Assembly: GCA_965240325.2 (NCBI GenBank)
Contig: OZ251224.1
Coordinates: 1,860,001 to 1,924,000, forward strand
Length of the DNA stretch: 64,000 nucleotides
Source of the DNA: Rebecca billardiae RCC1528
Lineage: Eukaryota; Protista; Haptophyta
Reading direction: 5' to 3'
The notes under the pieces: model-generated
What the model was told of the DNA's origin: nothing
Database searches by the model: none
Seen by the model: the letters and a program-made list of their open reading frames with translations, nothing else
Shown here: piece after piece, positions 1 through 11,157 of the stretch
How the letters are laid out: each line of letters starts with the position of its first letter
Numbering within the stretch: position 1 is the first letter of the stretch
Made by a program: the position numbers and the translations under genes

Positions 1-568
1 CACTGACGCCGGAGCGCCCGAAGGCGAAGCCTCACGAGTCACGCGCGCACGTCTGAGTCTGTGAGTCGTCTCAACGCATCTCATTGATTGAAGTCTACTA
101 CTAATAAGCTACTACTACTACGACTAATACTGCAATAACGCCGCGCGCGCATCTATCTTCATATCTGTATACACTAGTCGATCGTGCGCACAAATTCACA
201 GCAAACTTCCGGGCAGTCATGTCCGTCAATTGGCGGTCATCCGCAGCGTCACTGTATCATTCTAATCATCATAGCTTAGTCAATGATGCATTGATGATCT
301 GAACTACTTGCTGACAATGATTAATCAGCGCAGTGCGGCAGTAGTAGATAGTAGCAGCAGTTCTGAACCGTCTGATGCTGCCGCGGGCGACTAAGAGTAA
401 CAGTGGCACTGCGACGGCAGCGCGTGGTCAGCACGCCGGTCGCCACCCTTTGGTTTAGTGAGTTGGCGTTATTCAGGTCGTAGTTCGGATGGCGGTTGGC
501 AGCACGGCACGGCATCGGCCATCGATCATCTGACTAACGGCTATTTCCCGTTAGAACTAACTACTCGT

Positions 569-617
569 CCTTATACTCAGACCTTAGCCGCCTGCTGGCT
601 AAGGTCTGAGTATAAGG
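569..617. repeat. Perfect 21-bp inverted repeat (hairpin) followed by extra GGCTAAGGTCT copies
   Basis: CCTTATACTCAGACCTTAGCC (569-589) is the exact reverse complement of GGCTAAGGTCTGAGTATAAGG (597-617), with a 7-nt loop. Confidence 0.9.
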
Positions 618-866
618 CTAAGGTCTGGCTAAGGTCTGCCATTACTTTATTTATACTGCTTAAGCTAGCGTCCTGACTCCGACAGTCACCGTACCGAGTA
701 CGGACTTGGCTGAGACTCCCGTGGCACCGCACCGGCACTACTCCGCAGGCCGCCGTGCCTGTCTGGCGATTTACAATTTCTATAAGTGAATCGAGCGGCA
801 AGCGGCGAGCCTGCTCCACGCCAGCCCTGCGAGCACAGTGCGCTGACGATGGGTGTCACCGCGCCT

Positions 867-2438
867 TCAGCTTGGCTTGGCGCTCTCATCACCGGTGGCA
901 GCTGGAAGCAGCGAGGGCAGCGCAGCCGCCTGCTCGAAGCCGATGCGCAGCAGGAACGCCGAGTTGCGCCCATACGATTTGGCGCCGACGACGAAGAAGC
1001 GCGGCTCAGGCGTGAGCAGCGTGGCAGGCCCGGGCGCTGCCTGCTGCATGCAGTCCGACGCCGCACTGCTGTTCTCCCCGGCCGCCTTCGACTGCGCGGC
1101 CAGCAGTGCCGCGGCGAGCTTCATCGGCCCCTCAGACGCGTAGCAAGTGTGCACGTGCAGCTCGCGGTGCAGCGAGAGGTCAGGGTGGTACCCGACGAGC
1201 GACACGAGCGTGTCGACGTCAGCGGTGTTCGTGGCAGCCGGCTCGGCGCACTCGTACGTCACCTCGATGTGCTGTCGCCCCACGCCGAGCGCGGCGGTCG
1301 CGGCGCGCAGCGCTGGCCAGAGGCCGACGAGCGCGCGCAAGATCGGCCGGCCGAAGGGCACGGCTTGGAGTGCGAGGCGGAGCGTGGCGAGGGCGAAGGC
1401 CCCGAAGGCCCCGAGCGGGCTCGACGGCACCGAGGACGCGCGCACCGCAAGCCGGGTGATGGCGGCCGATGGCACGTGCTTGATGCCAAAGCCAGCGCCC
1501 GGAGTTGCACCCTCGTGTGCGCTGCTGCCGCAGAGCGCGTTGGCCCGGGCGCACAGCTCATCGCGCCGCGGGAGCGAGTCGTTCGGGACGCGCGCGAGCG
1601 GCTCGGGTCGCTCCGTGCGCGTGAGCCAGAGCACCGACGCTGGCTTCGCCCCCGCGCCCAGCGCCGCGAGCTCACCCAGCGCCAATGCAGCGGTCGCTGC
1701 CGAGTAGCCCGAGCCGACCAGGCAGATGCGCCGGCCGGCAAAGGCCGCGCGGTCGGCGCCGAGGACGTCCGGAATCGTGCGGAAGAGGCGGGGCGCGTGG
1801 GACTCGGCCTGCCGCGCATGAAGTGCGCGCTGCACCGCGCGCTCGCCGGGAACCGGCGTGCCCGTGGGCCCGAGCGCGTTCGCTGTGCGCGCGCCATAGG
1901 AGCCGCTCGCATCCACGACGACGCCAATCTCGACCAGCATCTCCTCCTCCTCCTCCTCCTCCGGCACCTTGTCGTCCTCGGCGTGGCGGGCAGCGCCAGG
2001 GGAAAGACGGCGTACGAGGAGGTGGAAGGGCGCGCCCTCCCGCCGCTTGTCGCCCACCGCCGCGACAGCTTCCGTCTTGCGCAGCCGGCCGCGGCCGACG
2101 CTGATCACCTCTGTGCGCACGCGCACCTCGAAGCGCTCGCCGTGCGTCTTGGCGAGCGCTCGAGCGAGCGGGCCGAGCACGTGCGCGACGTACTGCGCGC
2201 CGGTCGGGCACGCGTCCACGTCGGGTAGCGCCTCGCCAGCGCGCGCCAGCGCCGTGCGCATCGCGTCACTCACGTTCATGCCGTTGGGCGTGAAGAGCTG
2301 GACATGATTGCCCCACTCGGCGACGGCAGCTCCGACAGTCGGGCCGCGCTCGAGCACGATGACCTCGTGCCCGCTCTCCAGCAGGTGCGCTGCGCAGTCG
2401 AGTCCGATCGGGCCGGCGCCGATCACGGCGCACTTCAT
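867..2438 (-). CDS. FAD/NAD(P)-dependent oxidoreductase (flavin monooxygenase-like; bacterial ArsO/ArsV-type family)
   Basis: Intronless 523-aa ORF. FAD motif AVIGAGPIG at the N-terminus, second dinucleotide motif LVGSGYSA, and C-terminal CYASEGPMKLAAALL and PEPRFFVVGAKSYGRNSAFLLRIGFEQ, typical of a bacterial flavoprotein family. Confidence 0.8.
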   Translation of the reverse strand: MKCAVIGAGPIGLDCAAHLLESGHEVIVLERGPTVGAAVAEWGNHVQLFTPNGMNVSDAMRTALARAGEALPDVDACPTGAQYVAHVLGPLARALAKTHGERFEVRVRTEVISVGRGRLRKTEAVAAVGDKRREGAPFHLLVRRLSPGAARHAEDDKVPEEEEEEEMLVEIGVVVDASGSYGARTANALGPTGTPVPGERAVQRALHARQAESHAPRLFRTIPDVLGADRAAFAGRRICLVGSGYSAATAALALGELAALGAGAKPASVLWLTRTERPEPLARVPNDSLPRRDELCARANALCGSSAHEGATPGAGFGIKHVPSAAITRLAVRASSVPSSPLGAFGAFALATLRLALQAVPFGRPILRALVGLWPALRAATAALGVGRQHIEVTYECAEPAATNTADVDTLVSLVGYHPDLSLHRELHVHTCYASEGPMKLAAALLAAQSKAAGENSSAASDCMQQAAPGPATLLTPEPRFFVVGAKSYGRNSAFLLRIGFEQAAALPSLLPAATGDESAKPS

Positions 2439-2828
2439 GTCGTCGACGCGCGAGGCGGTGGGACAAGCCGAGACGCGGCCCCTCGAATCATCAATTCAGC
2501 ATGGCTGCGGCGCGGTGCGGGGCGCCAGCATGAGCACACACGGTGAGGGCCACATTACTAAAGCCAGACACGCACATCAGTGCAGAGCGGTTGGAGGGCC
2601 TGCCTGAGCTGGCGTGTGGCGTACTCTGCTGCTGAGCCGGCTTCGAACAGGCGACAGCCCGATTGCCAGTAAAACTCGGAACTCAGAAGGTACGGGGCTG
2701 CCGCCCCGAGTCGTGTGTCACACCAGGACGCGCGCGGTGCCACCGGATTGTGAGTGGTGCCACTCATGCTCGAACACGGCGGTACGGTAGTGAGTGAGTG
2801 CCACCGAAAGGCGCGGAACGTGCTCGCC

Positions 2829-4424
2829 TCACTTGCCCGACGCCACGTTCCTCAGCGAGCCTGGCAGCCACGGCTTGCCGTCCTTCTGACCCCACGGCGC
2901 CATCGTCACAAACTCCTCGGCCGCAGTCGGGTGGAGCGCGACGCAGTGGTCGAAATCGCGCTTGGTCGCGCCCATCTTCACCGCGACGGCGAAGCCCTGC
3001 AGCATCTCGTCCGCGCCGATGCCCACGACGTGCAGCCCGACGACCTTCTCCTCCGGCCCGAGACACACGAGCTTCATCCCCATCGGCACCTTGTCCTCGG
3101 CGGCGGACATGGCGTAGTGCATGGGCTTGAACTTCGCCTGGTACACCTTGATCTGGTCGTCGCCGTGCTTTGCCCTGGCCTCGGGCTCGGTGAGCCCGAC
3201 GCTCCCGATCGGAGGGTGCGAGAAGACGATCGACGGGATGTTGTCGTACTCGAGCCGCGCGTCCGGGTCGTTGCCAAACAGCCGGTCGGCGAGCCGGCGG
3301 CCGGCGGCGATCGCGACGGGCGTGAGCTCGAAGCCCTGGGTCGTCGCGTCGCCGATGGCGTGCACCCCCGGCACACTCGTCCGCTCGTACTCGTCCACGA
3401 CGATGTTCCCGTGCGCGTCGAGCTTGACGCCGGCCTCCTCCAGGCCCATGCCCTTTGTGACTGGCTCGCGGCCGATCGCCATGAGCACGACGTCGCAGCC
3501 GTGCACGGTGCTCCCGTCCGTCAGGTGGACGTCGAGCTTGCCGTCGGACATCTTCTCGATCTCGGTGACCTGGTTGTTGCGCTTCATGTGCACCCCCATG
3601 CGGTCGAGCTCCGAGTTGATCACCTCCTGCACGAGCGGGTCGAACTTGCGCAGCACGTTCTGGCGGCGGCAGACGAGCGTCGTCGACGTGCCGAGCGCGT
3701 GGAAGATGCTCGCGATCTCGACGGCGATGTAGCCCGCGCCCGCGACGAGCGCGCGGTGGGGCTGCGTCTTGAGGTCGAAGAAGTCGTCGCTCGTAATCGC
3801 GTGCTGGATCCCCTTCACCTGCGGCATCTCGGGCTTGCCGCCCACGGCGATGAGAATGTGCTCGGCGGTGAACCGGCGCCCGTCTGCCTCGACCACCTTG
3901 TCCGCGACGAAGCGCGCGCGCGCGTTGACGTGGTCGACCTTCGCGTTGTCGAGGTTGCGTTCGTACACCTTGTTCAGGTGCGCGATGTACGCGTCACGCC
4001 GCGCCTTGAAGCCCTCCCAGTCGAAGGTCATCCCCTTCTCGCCCACGTGCGGGAATGAGATGCCGTATCCAGTCGCGGTGTGCGCCATGTCCGCATGCAG
4101 CGCGGCCGTGTAGAAGAGCTTCTTCGGCACGCAGCCCATATTGACGCAGGTCCCCCCGAGCCCAGCACCACGGCGCGAGCCAGTGTTCGGGTCGCGATCT
4201 GGCCCGCGCTCGATGATGAGCACTCGTTTGCCGTACTGCGCTGCGCGTCGCGCGCAAGCGATGCCTCCCGAGCCGCCGCCGATGACGACGAAGTCGTACA
4301 CCTCGGCCTCCATTGGCGCGGCGGCGGAGAGACCCCGGCTCGCCGACGCGACGGACGACGCCCCCCCCGCCCCCAGGCCGAGCGCGCCGAGGAGGCGCAT
4401 GCGGCGCATCATCGGCCCGAGCAT
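2829..4424 (-). CDS. gor: Glutathione reductase with N-terminal organellar targeting extension
   Basis: VIGGGSGG, redox motif [40 protein letters not shown]. Likely ATG at 4424 or the following Mets (MMRRMRLLG). The upstream part of the 813-aa ORF is antisense to TrxR and not real. Confidence 0.95.
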   Translation of the reverse strand: MLGPMMRRMRLLGALGLGAGGASSVASASRGLSAAAPMEAEVYDFVVIGGGSGGIACARRAAQYGKRVLIIERGPDRDPNTGSRRGAGLGGTCVNMGCVPKKLFYTAALHADMAHTATGYGISFPHVGEKGMTFDWEGFKARRDAYIAHLNKVYERNLDNAKVDHVNARARFVADKVVEADGRRFTAEHILIAVGGKPEMPQVKGIQHAITSDDFFDLKTQPHRALVAGAGYIAVEIASIFHALGTSTTLVCRRQNVLRKFDPLVQEVINSELDRMGVHMKRNNQVTEIEKMSDGKLDVHLTDGSTVHGCDVVLMAIGREPVTKGMGLEEAGVKLDAHGNIVVDEYERTSVPGVHAIGDATTQGFELTPVAIAAGRRLADRLFGNDPDARLEYDNIPSIVFSHPPIGSVGLTEPEARAKHGDDQIKVYQAKFKPMHYAMSAAEDKVPMGMKLVCLGPEEKVVGLHVVGIGADEMLQGFAVAVKMGATKRDFDHCVALHPTAAEEFVTMAPWGQKDGKPWLPGSLRNVASGK

Positions 4425-4535
4425 GACTCGCGGGCGTCTTCGCCACTGCCAGTACCGTGCCAGTGCGTGCACCACCGAGTCTGAAGTGTGGGCGGATCCG
4501 GCGCCGACGTGGCAAAAGTCCGTCCACGCCCGTCG

Positions 4536-6549
4536 ATGGCCGCCGCCACAGACGTCGGCCGGCTCCTCGCGTGGGTGCTCCTCCTCGCACTGGGCGCGTA
4601 CGCACTGCGCCAGGGCGCCGAGTTTGCGACGACAGCCCATGAATGTGTCATCTGCGGCTGCGTCATCGGCGCCTCCGTCAGCCTCGCGTTCCTCGGCATC
4701 CGCCATCCAGAGAAGGCCGCCAAGCGTGAGTGAGCGCAGACCGCACTGCTGGCTCACCCTCACGCTCGCGGCGGCGATCCTGGCGTGCAGCGCCCCGGTG
4801 CACGCGCGCTCGGCCTCTTCCAGCACGACTCGACGAGGCCGGCGAGGCCTCTCGCGCCTCCCGCGCGTGGCTCTGCGCACGCGCGGCGGTGCGCGCGATG
4901 AGGGCGAAGACGCCGCCGCCGAGGAGGCAGGCGATGCGGACGCGGACGAGTACGACCTCGTCGTGATCGGGGGCGGCTCGGGTGGTCTGGCGTGCGCGCA
5001 GGAGGCTGCGAGGCTGGGTATGCGTGTGGCGGTGTGCGACTTTGTCGAGCCCTCGCCCGCGGGCACCACGTGGGGGCTGGGCGGCACGTGCGTGAACGTG
5101 GGGTGCATCCCGAAGAAGCTGATGCACCAGGCGGCCCTGCTGGGCGAGGCGCTGCACGACGCGCCGAGCTTCGGCTGGGAGGCGCGGCGCGGCGAGGCGG
5201 AGGCGGAGCCGCCGTCGCACGCGTGGGAGACGCTCGTCACCAACGTGCAGATGCACATCAAGTCCCTCAACTTCGGCTACCGCTCGGCGCTGATGAGCGC
5301 GGACGTCGAGTACGTGAACGCGCGCGCCTCGTTTGTCGACGCGCGCACCGTCGAGTGCGCGGACGCCGCGGGCGAGACGCGGCGGCTGCGCGCGAAGTCG
5401 TTCGTGATCGCGGTGGGTGGTCGGCCGCGCTACCTCGACGACATCCCGGGCGGGCGCGACCTCGTCGTCTCCTCCGACGACCTCTTCTCGCTGCCCGCGG
5501 CGCCGGGCAAGACGCTCTGCATCGGAGGCGGCTACGTGAGCCTCGAGTGCGCGGGCTTCCTCAACGGGCTCGGGATGGAGGCCGACGTGATGGTGCGCTC
5601 GATCCCGCTGCGCGGGTTCGACCAGCAGATGGCGACGCTGGTCAAGGAGCACATGTCCGAACGCGGCTGCTACTTCGTCGATGGCGCCGTCCCCACCTCG
5701 GTCGAGCGCGTGCCCGCTGCAGAGGGGGGCGGCCGCGAGCGGCGGCGCGTGACCTGGCGGTTTGCCGACGGCTCCGAGGGCGAAGGTGTCTACGACACGG
5801 TGCTCGTCGCGGTCGGGCGTGACGCGCAGACCGCTCGGCTCGGCCTCGAGAACACGCTGGTGCGGACCAACCCGCGCACGGGGAAGGTGCTCGCCGACGG
5901 CGAGCGCACGCATGCAGGACACATCCACGCGATCGGTGACGTACTGGACGGCAAGCCGGAGCTCACGCCCGTCGCCATCCAGGCGGGCGTGCGGCTCGCC
6001 CGCCGGCTGGCCGGCGTGGCGTCGGAGGAGATGGACTATGCGGGTGTACCCACGACCGTCTTCACGCCTCTCGAGTACAGCTGCGTCGGCCTCAGTGAGG
6101 AGGATGCGATCGAGGCACACGGCGAGGTGTGCCGCGCTCGCGCCGTGCGCCGTCGCTCGCGCGCGCCGCGCGCCGCCGAGCCGTGCGTCTCATGACGAGT
6201 GCGCCCCTTGATCCGCGGGCCACCCTGCGGCGCGCAGGAGAACATCGAGGTCATGCATTCATACTTCAAGCCGCTCGAGTGGACGCTGTCGCATCGGCCG
6301 GACAACTCGTGCTATGCCAAGGTCGTGTGCAATAAGGCGGACGGGATGCGCCTGCTCGGCGTGCACCTGAGCGGCCCTGGTGCTGGCGAGATCATGCAAG
6401 GCTTCGCAGTCGCGCTCAAGTGCGGTGCGACGCTCGCCGATCTGGACGGCACCGTGGGCATCCACCCGACGTGCGCTGAGGAGCTCGTGTCTTTGCGGAT
6501 CACGAAGCGTTCCGGCATGGACGCCAAGAAGCGCGGCTGCTGAGGCTAA
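4536..6549 (+). CDS. TXNRD: High-Mr thioredoxin reductase, selenoprotein (C-terminal Gly-Cys-Sec-Gly). Predicted exons 4536-4729 (tentative), 4791-6126, 6238-6549
   Basis: [45 protein letters not shown]. Phase-0 GT-AG intron at 6127-6237. Ends GGC TGC TGA GGC TAA, with TGA 6541-6543 as Sec and stop at 6547-6549. Confidence 0.95.
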
Positions 6550-6687
6550 GCCCGCCACGGAGCGGTACCCTCAGTCAGAGGGGCGCCCCGTGGCAGCCAC
6601 GTCCGGCGGAGTGGAGATGACGCGGCCTCGACCAGGCACGCGTGCGCGGTGGCGGGCACACGCCCTGCTGCCGCATCGCGCTGTTTG

Positions 6688-6756
6688 GCGGAGACATGAC
6701 GGTATGGCACGAACGGCACACAACCTTGGCCTGTGCCATGCCTGAGCACCTTCCGC
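6688..6756 (+). promoter_or_regulatory. SECIS element in the TrxR 3' UTR
   Basis: ATGA core at 6696-6699. Helix II GGTATGGCAC (6701-6710) pairs with GTGCCATGCC (6733-6742). Unpaired AA at 6712-6713, TGAG at 6743-6746, helix I GCGGAG/TTCCGC. Confidence 0.9.
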
Positions 6757-7546
6757 GTCATCCACATTGGCCATCTTCGGATCGACATCGTCATGTAGTC
6801 GTACACTAACGTACTGAGACTATACTGCTGACTAACTCAACGGTACAGGAAAACTGCGCTTACTGACCGCGTAGTCCATGCTGTAGCTATACGCGAAAAA
6901 AGCAGAGGCGTCGAATAGTACCGTTTTAATATATTAAAACAGCAGTTAAACTATATATATTAATAAATTAATATACATTAATTTAGTATACAATAAATAC
7001 AGACAGACAGTACTAACTAGTCTTATCTGCTAGAGCCTAGATCTATTTATTGTGCGACTGCTTGCACGCGGACCGAGCAGCGACAATGAGGCTCGTCATC
7101 GTCGGGCGGGGTACGGCCGCGCTGCTAGCTAGGTCCATGCCCCACTCCATTACAACCATGCCGAATAATATCTATGATGACTATGCCTATGGCCATGGCG
7201 GTGTAATGCAGGGCCTTCACTCTGGTTGCCAGGACTCAGGAGGCCGGCCGCCCGGTAGCCGCGCTGCCGCCGCTGCCACTGCCAGCACTCAATAGGTCGT
7301 TCGCCTGATCAGTCCGGCCCACTAATGAATCCAATGCGGCCACCATCGGTCCATCGTGGCCACCGCCGCTGCGCCACAGCGCCATTGCAGTGACGCACGG
7401 CCTCCCGGACGGTTGGAAGGGTGGAACGCGCGGTGGTCCAATTCATTGATGAGGGCGTGATATGTGGTCATACGACGGCAATACCCGCCATGGCTTCCCT
7501 TCAACAGTGATGGCATACGGTCAACTTCGACTGGCTGCCTAAGCTG

Positions 7547-7600
7547 GGCGTCGATCTCGCCTGCCTGAGCTGTGTGCGTCTCTTATTCTTTGTAAATTGT
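7547..7600 (+). repeat. Copy of the LINE 3' terminal tail
   Basis: GGGCGTCGATCTCGCCTGCCTGAGCTGTGTGCGTCTCTTATTCTTTGTAAATTGTA matches the reverse complement of 34137-34191. Confidence 0.85.
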
Positions 7601-7731
7601 AAGTAGCGAGCTCTGAGGCACCGCCCCCATCGTCCGAGGGCTCTCAGCGCTCTTCCGACCTGGACGAATCTGCATGGCGATTCAGAAAAAACCTACTACT
7701 GATGCTTTGATTCCCCCCTTCTTCCTTTGAT

Positions 7732-8895
7732 ATGTCGGCGGCGGGATTGGCGCCGGTACGGCGAGTGGGAGCATGGGCCCTCGTCGCGATGCTCTCGCAA
7801 GTCGGCGCCGAGCATTGCGATGCCGCGGTGGTGGCTGGCGACGTCATTAGGAATACATCCTCGCCCATGATTGAGGCCGCTTACTATGTGAACCGCGCTC
7901 GCGACAAGGCTCGCGCGGCCTTCATGGAGCGCACGCTCGGCAAGGCGGGGCTCGAGGCGGTGCGAGTGCCCGCGTTCGTGCCGCCGGTCCCCGACATAAA
8001 GCAGCTGCTGATGAGCCGAGAACCTGAGCGCATGGGCGGCGACTTCGCGCGCGCGATGTACAGCCAGCGCCGTTGCCGCCGCATGACGCAGCCGCCGGGG
8101 CCGAGCGGTGGCTCACGCTTGCCACTCATAAAGTGCGTGCACAAGATGGTCCTCAGCCGCGGTGGCGTCACTGGCAAGCTGAACAGCATGCTGGGCGGCG
8201 CGCTGGGCTGTCAGCACTACACGCAGTATGGATCGCTCTCCACAATCGCAGGTACATTCAAAGTCAGCAGGGCAGTCTGCGGCCTCTTCGTAGCCAATTT
8301 CCTGAGCATGCGGCGCGCCCTGCAGACGATTGAAGCTCGCGTCAACTTTGCGCGCACCGGTAATGCGTCTCAGCGACCGGCACCCCGCCCACGCCGTGCA
8401 CCTCGCGAGGACGAGCGCTACTTCCTGCTCATGGAGGACGATTCCGAGGTGCTCCCGTCGTGGCGCTCTCGGTTCTGCCAATTCCTACGCGACTTTCCTG
8501 CGCAGACATGGGACGTGGCCATCGTCGATGTCGACGCGGCCGGCCTGTCAGCCGTGCGCGCTTATCGCAAGCGCAGCGGTCGCGCCCCGTATGCAGACGC
8601 GGATCTGGCCCGAATGCGCGCCGACCCCGATGCATGGCAGCGGAACAGCTCTGTGGACATGCGCCGCGTGCCGCATTTCATGGGCATGGCGGCGGCCCTG
8701 GTGCGTGAGAGCGCGCTGCCTCACCTGCTCGAACTGCTCGAGGAGGTGCCCATCGGCACGACCGACGCCGTGCTCGCGCTCCTGGCCCGAAAGGACCGGG
8801 TGCTCCGCATCGCATTCTCAAAGCGCAAAGTATGTGACTCTGACCGCTTCGATGAGCAGCAGCAAAGCGCGCTCCAGAGCACCTTTGACTCTTGA
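7732..8895 (+). CDS. Glycosyltransferase family 25-like secreted protein
   Basis: Intronless 387 aa with an N-terminal hydrophobic signal. YYVNRARDKARAAFM resembles the GT25 YVINL..R motif. Also FLLMEDD and a G..A.LV segment. Confidence 0.6.
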   Translation: MSAAGLAPVRRVGAWALVAMLSQVGAEHCDAAVVAGDVIRNTSSPMIEAAYYVNRARDKARAAFMERTLGKAGLEAVRVPAFVPPVPDIKQLLMSREPERMGGDFARAMYSQRRCRRMTQPPGPSGGSRLPLIKCVHKMVLSRGGVTGKLNSMLGGALGCQHYTQYGSLSTIAGTFKVSRAVCGLFVANFLSMRRALQTIEARVNFARTGNASQRPAPRPRRAPREDERYFLLMEDDSEVLPSWRSRFCQFLRDFPAQTWDVAIVDVDAAGLSAVRAYRKRSGRAPYADADLARMRADPDAWQRNSSVDMRRVPHFMGMAAALVRESALPHLLELLEEVPIGTTDAVLALLARKDRVLRIAFSKRKVCDSDRFDEQQQSALQSTFDS

Positions 8896-9428
8896 CGTGA
8901 TGAGGCCACCTTCACCTCGAGGGCCCGCGGGCCGGCACGCCGTTGCCACCCGCCGCGCGGCGGCCGCCGCCGCCACCACCACCGAGTGCGAGCCCGGCGC
9001 GTGCGCGCGGCCGCGGGCGGCGCGGGATGCTCGCATGTGCCAATGTTCGACGCAGGCATGTCGATGGCAGCCACTAGCAAGCCTTTGGCAGCGGCAGAGG
9101 CGGCAGTGGCAGAGGCGGCGGCGGACCGCGTCCGCACGCGCCAAGCCCTGTGGTGCGCGCTGCAACTAGTGCGCGCGCCGCGCCGCTTCAGCCTCAGCAG
9201 CGCAAGGTTGCGCTCGGCGCTGCCACCGCATCGGACGACGAAAAGGACGAGGGCTCGTGGGCGCGTTTGGAACGGCTGTGATCGCGCATGGCGGCGACGG
9301 CGGCCGTCGCCCATCGCCGCGCGCCTGGCGGGCAAGCGGCAAGCAGCAACTCGCAAGGCAGTCTTATCTGCTAGCTATAGTCGTAATCATACTAGTGATG
9401 TCGTAGTCTTAGTAGCAGTATAGCAGCG

Positions 9429-9464
9429 TCTCTCTCTCTCTCTCGATCTCGATCTCGATCTCTC

Positions 9465-9519
<55 letters not shown>

Positions 9520-9664
9520 CTCTCTCTCGATCTCTCTCTCGATCTCTCTCTCTCTCTCGATCTCTCTGTGACTGTGTCTCTCTGTCTGCTCTGATCTCTC
9601 TCTCGATCTCTCTCTCTCTCGGCGGCCAGTTCACATCGGAGAGAGAGAGAGAGAGAGAGAGAGA
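9429..9664. repeat. Interrupted (TC)n microsatellite followed by a (GA)n tract
   Basis: (TC)n with TCGA interruptions at 9429-9620, then (GA)n at 9639-9664. Confidence 0.95.
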
Positions 9665-10192
9665 ACGTCAGAGAGAGGACGCAGTGAATCTGGTGAACTG
9701 CTGGGCGTGACTGCTACGACACTGCGCCGGCGTAAGAACACTCACTACATATCGCTGATCACAGTAGCGCCCTAGATAGTTGCCATCATTGTTAAGACTC
9801 AGAACTCACTCTGCCGGTGCGCGCCGGCTCATCGCTCATCATGATCAGTGACGCTCACGCCCGCGCCTCGTCGTCACAACTCACAAGTAGTTACATGTAG
9901 TCATCGTCGCGCGGTTACCAGCGAAGTCAGGACGGCCCGAGGCCGAGCGCAGTCGCGTCGCTGCACACGGCAGAATGACGAGTGAGAATAATAATTGATG
10001 AGTATTATTGATGACGCGCACGTGACTCGTGAGGACGTGAGCGAGCAGCAGCTGGCATGCGCCTCATCCGATCGTCAGAGTCATATATATATATATGGTC
10101 TCTTCGTAGCTATATACTGCGACGAAGCAGCCTGATGCTGGCTCGTGGGGCGTAGGCGCAAGTCGTCAATAATAGTGCCCAAACCATCGGCA

Positions 10193-10996
10193 TCAATCCG
10201 AGTCTTCTCCATCATCATTATCATCTGACGCTTTGTCATCACCAGATTCGACGCCAGATTCTGCCTCCGTGTCGGGGTAGTCGTTGGCAAAGTAGCCCTC
10301 GCTGTTCGAGTCATCCGTCAGCCCATCGCCGTCGTCTTCGTCGCTGAGGAGCTCCTCGTTGACGAGGTCATCGTCGTCGAGATGGATGTGCACGAGCGGC
10401 TCGGCGGCCTCATCGGTCGGCGGAGGCGCGGACGAATCCGCGCGCACGTAGATGTCATAGGCGAAGCCGGGTGCCTGTGAGCTGGGTGCTGATCGCTCGC
10501 CGGGCTGAGGGGGCGGTATCGTCGGTCCAAAGGGGATGATGCGATTGGACGGCACTTGCGCCCGCGATGCGAGCTCGATCTCGACCACGCGCACCGGGTC
10601 GTCCCCTTTCCGGCTGATGGTGCGCAGCGCGTCTCCACTCAGCACGTGCTCAAGTGGCAGTGTGCGCCGTTGCGTGCAGCGGTACCGAGGGCCGATTCCA
10701 CGCTCGTCATCGAGCCACTGCTGGTCAGGAGGATGGCGCTTCCTGCTCGAGGGCGGTGCTTTCTCTGCAGACGCCAGCTCTGGCCTCGTCGGGTGATCCT
10801 CGGCAAGCAGCTCGTATCGTAACGGCACGGGCTGCGCGGGCTGCAGGCTGAGCTGTGCAAGCGAAATGCGCCGGCGAGATCGCGGGGCTTCATCCTGGAC
10901 GATCGCAAGCGCGGGCCGACTCGGCTCGTCTCGCGGCCGCTTCACGCGGATGAAAATCGTGTCCGCAGCCGTCGTCGGTGGTGGATCGTCCGCCAT
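10193..10996 (-). CDS. IWR1: Iwr1/SLC7A6OS-like RNA polymerase II nuclear import factor
   Basis: N-terminal IRVKRPR, a YDIY motif, and acidic DDSNSEGYFANDYPD matching the Iwr1 DSN.E....NDYPD signature. Confidence 0.8.
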   Translation of the reverse strand: MADDPPPTTAADTIFIRVKRPRDEPSRPALAIVQDEAPRSRRRISLAQLSLQPAQPVPLRYELLAEDHPTRPELASAEKAPPSSRKRHPPDQQWLDDERGIGPRYRCTQRRTLPLEHVLSGDALRTISRKGDDPVRVVEIELASRAQVPSNRIIPFGPTIPPPQPGERSAPSSQAPGFAYDIYVRADSSAPPPTDEAAEPLVHIHLDDDDLVNEELLSDEDDGDGLTDDSNSEGYFANDYPDTEAESGVESGDDKASDDNDDGEDSD

Positions 10997-11157
10997 TGTG
11001 CACGCGCCAACGGGCCCCCTCCGGCTCCCGCAGCCGTGGTCCGGAGCCCGAGATCGCGCGAGTCAGACGCGAGATCGTGCGCTCGCGTCCGAGGCGGCCT
11101 TGCGATCGCCGATCGCGCGCGCACCTGCAACCTGGCTGTCGCGACTGTTCGTTCGCC

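Noticed and set aside
2829-6195. Apparent 1.1-kb antisense overlap of the 813-aa and 684-aa ORFs
   Set aside because: The extensions are stop-free shadow frames in GC-rich DNA. The real GR and TrxR starts are divergent and do not overlap.
9392-9634. RE/RD-rich 80-aa ORF
   Set aside because: Translation of the (TC)n microsatellite.
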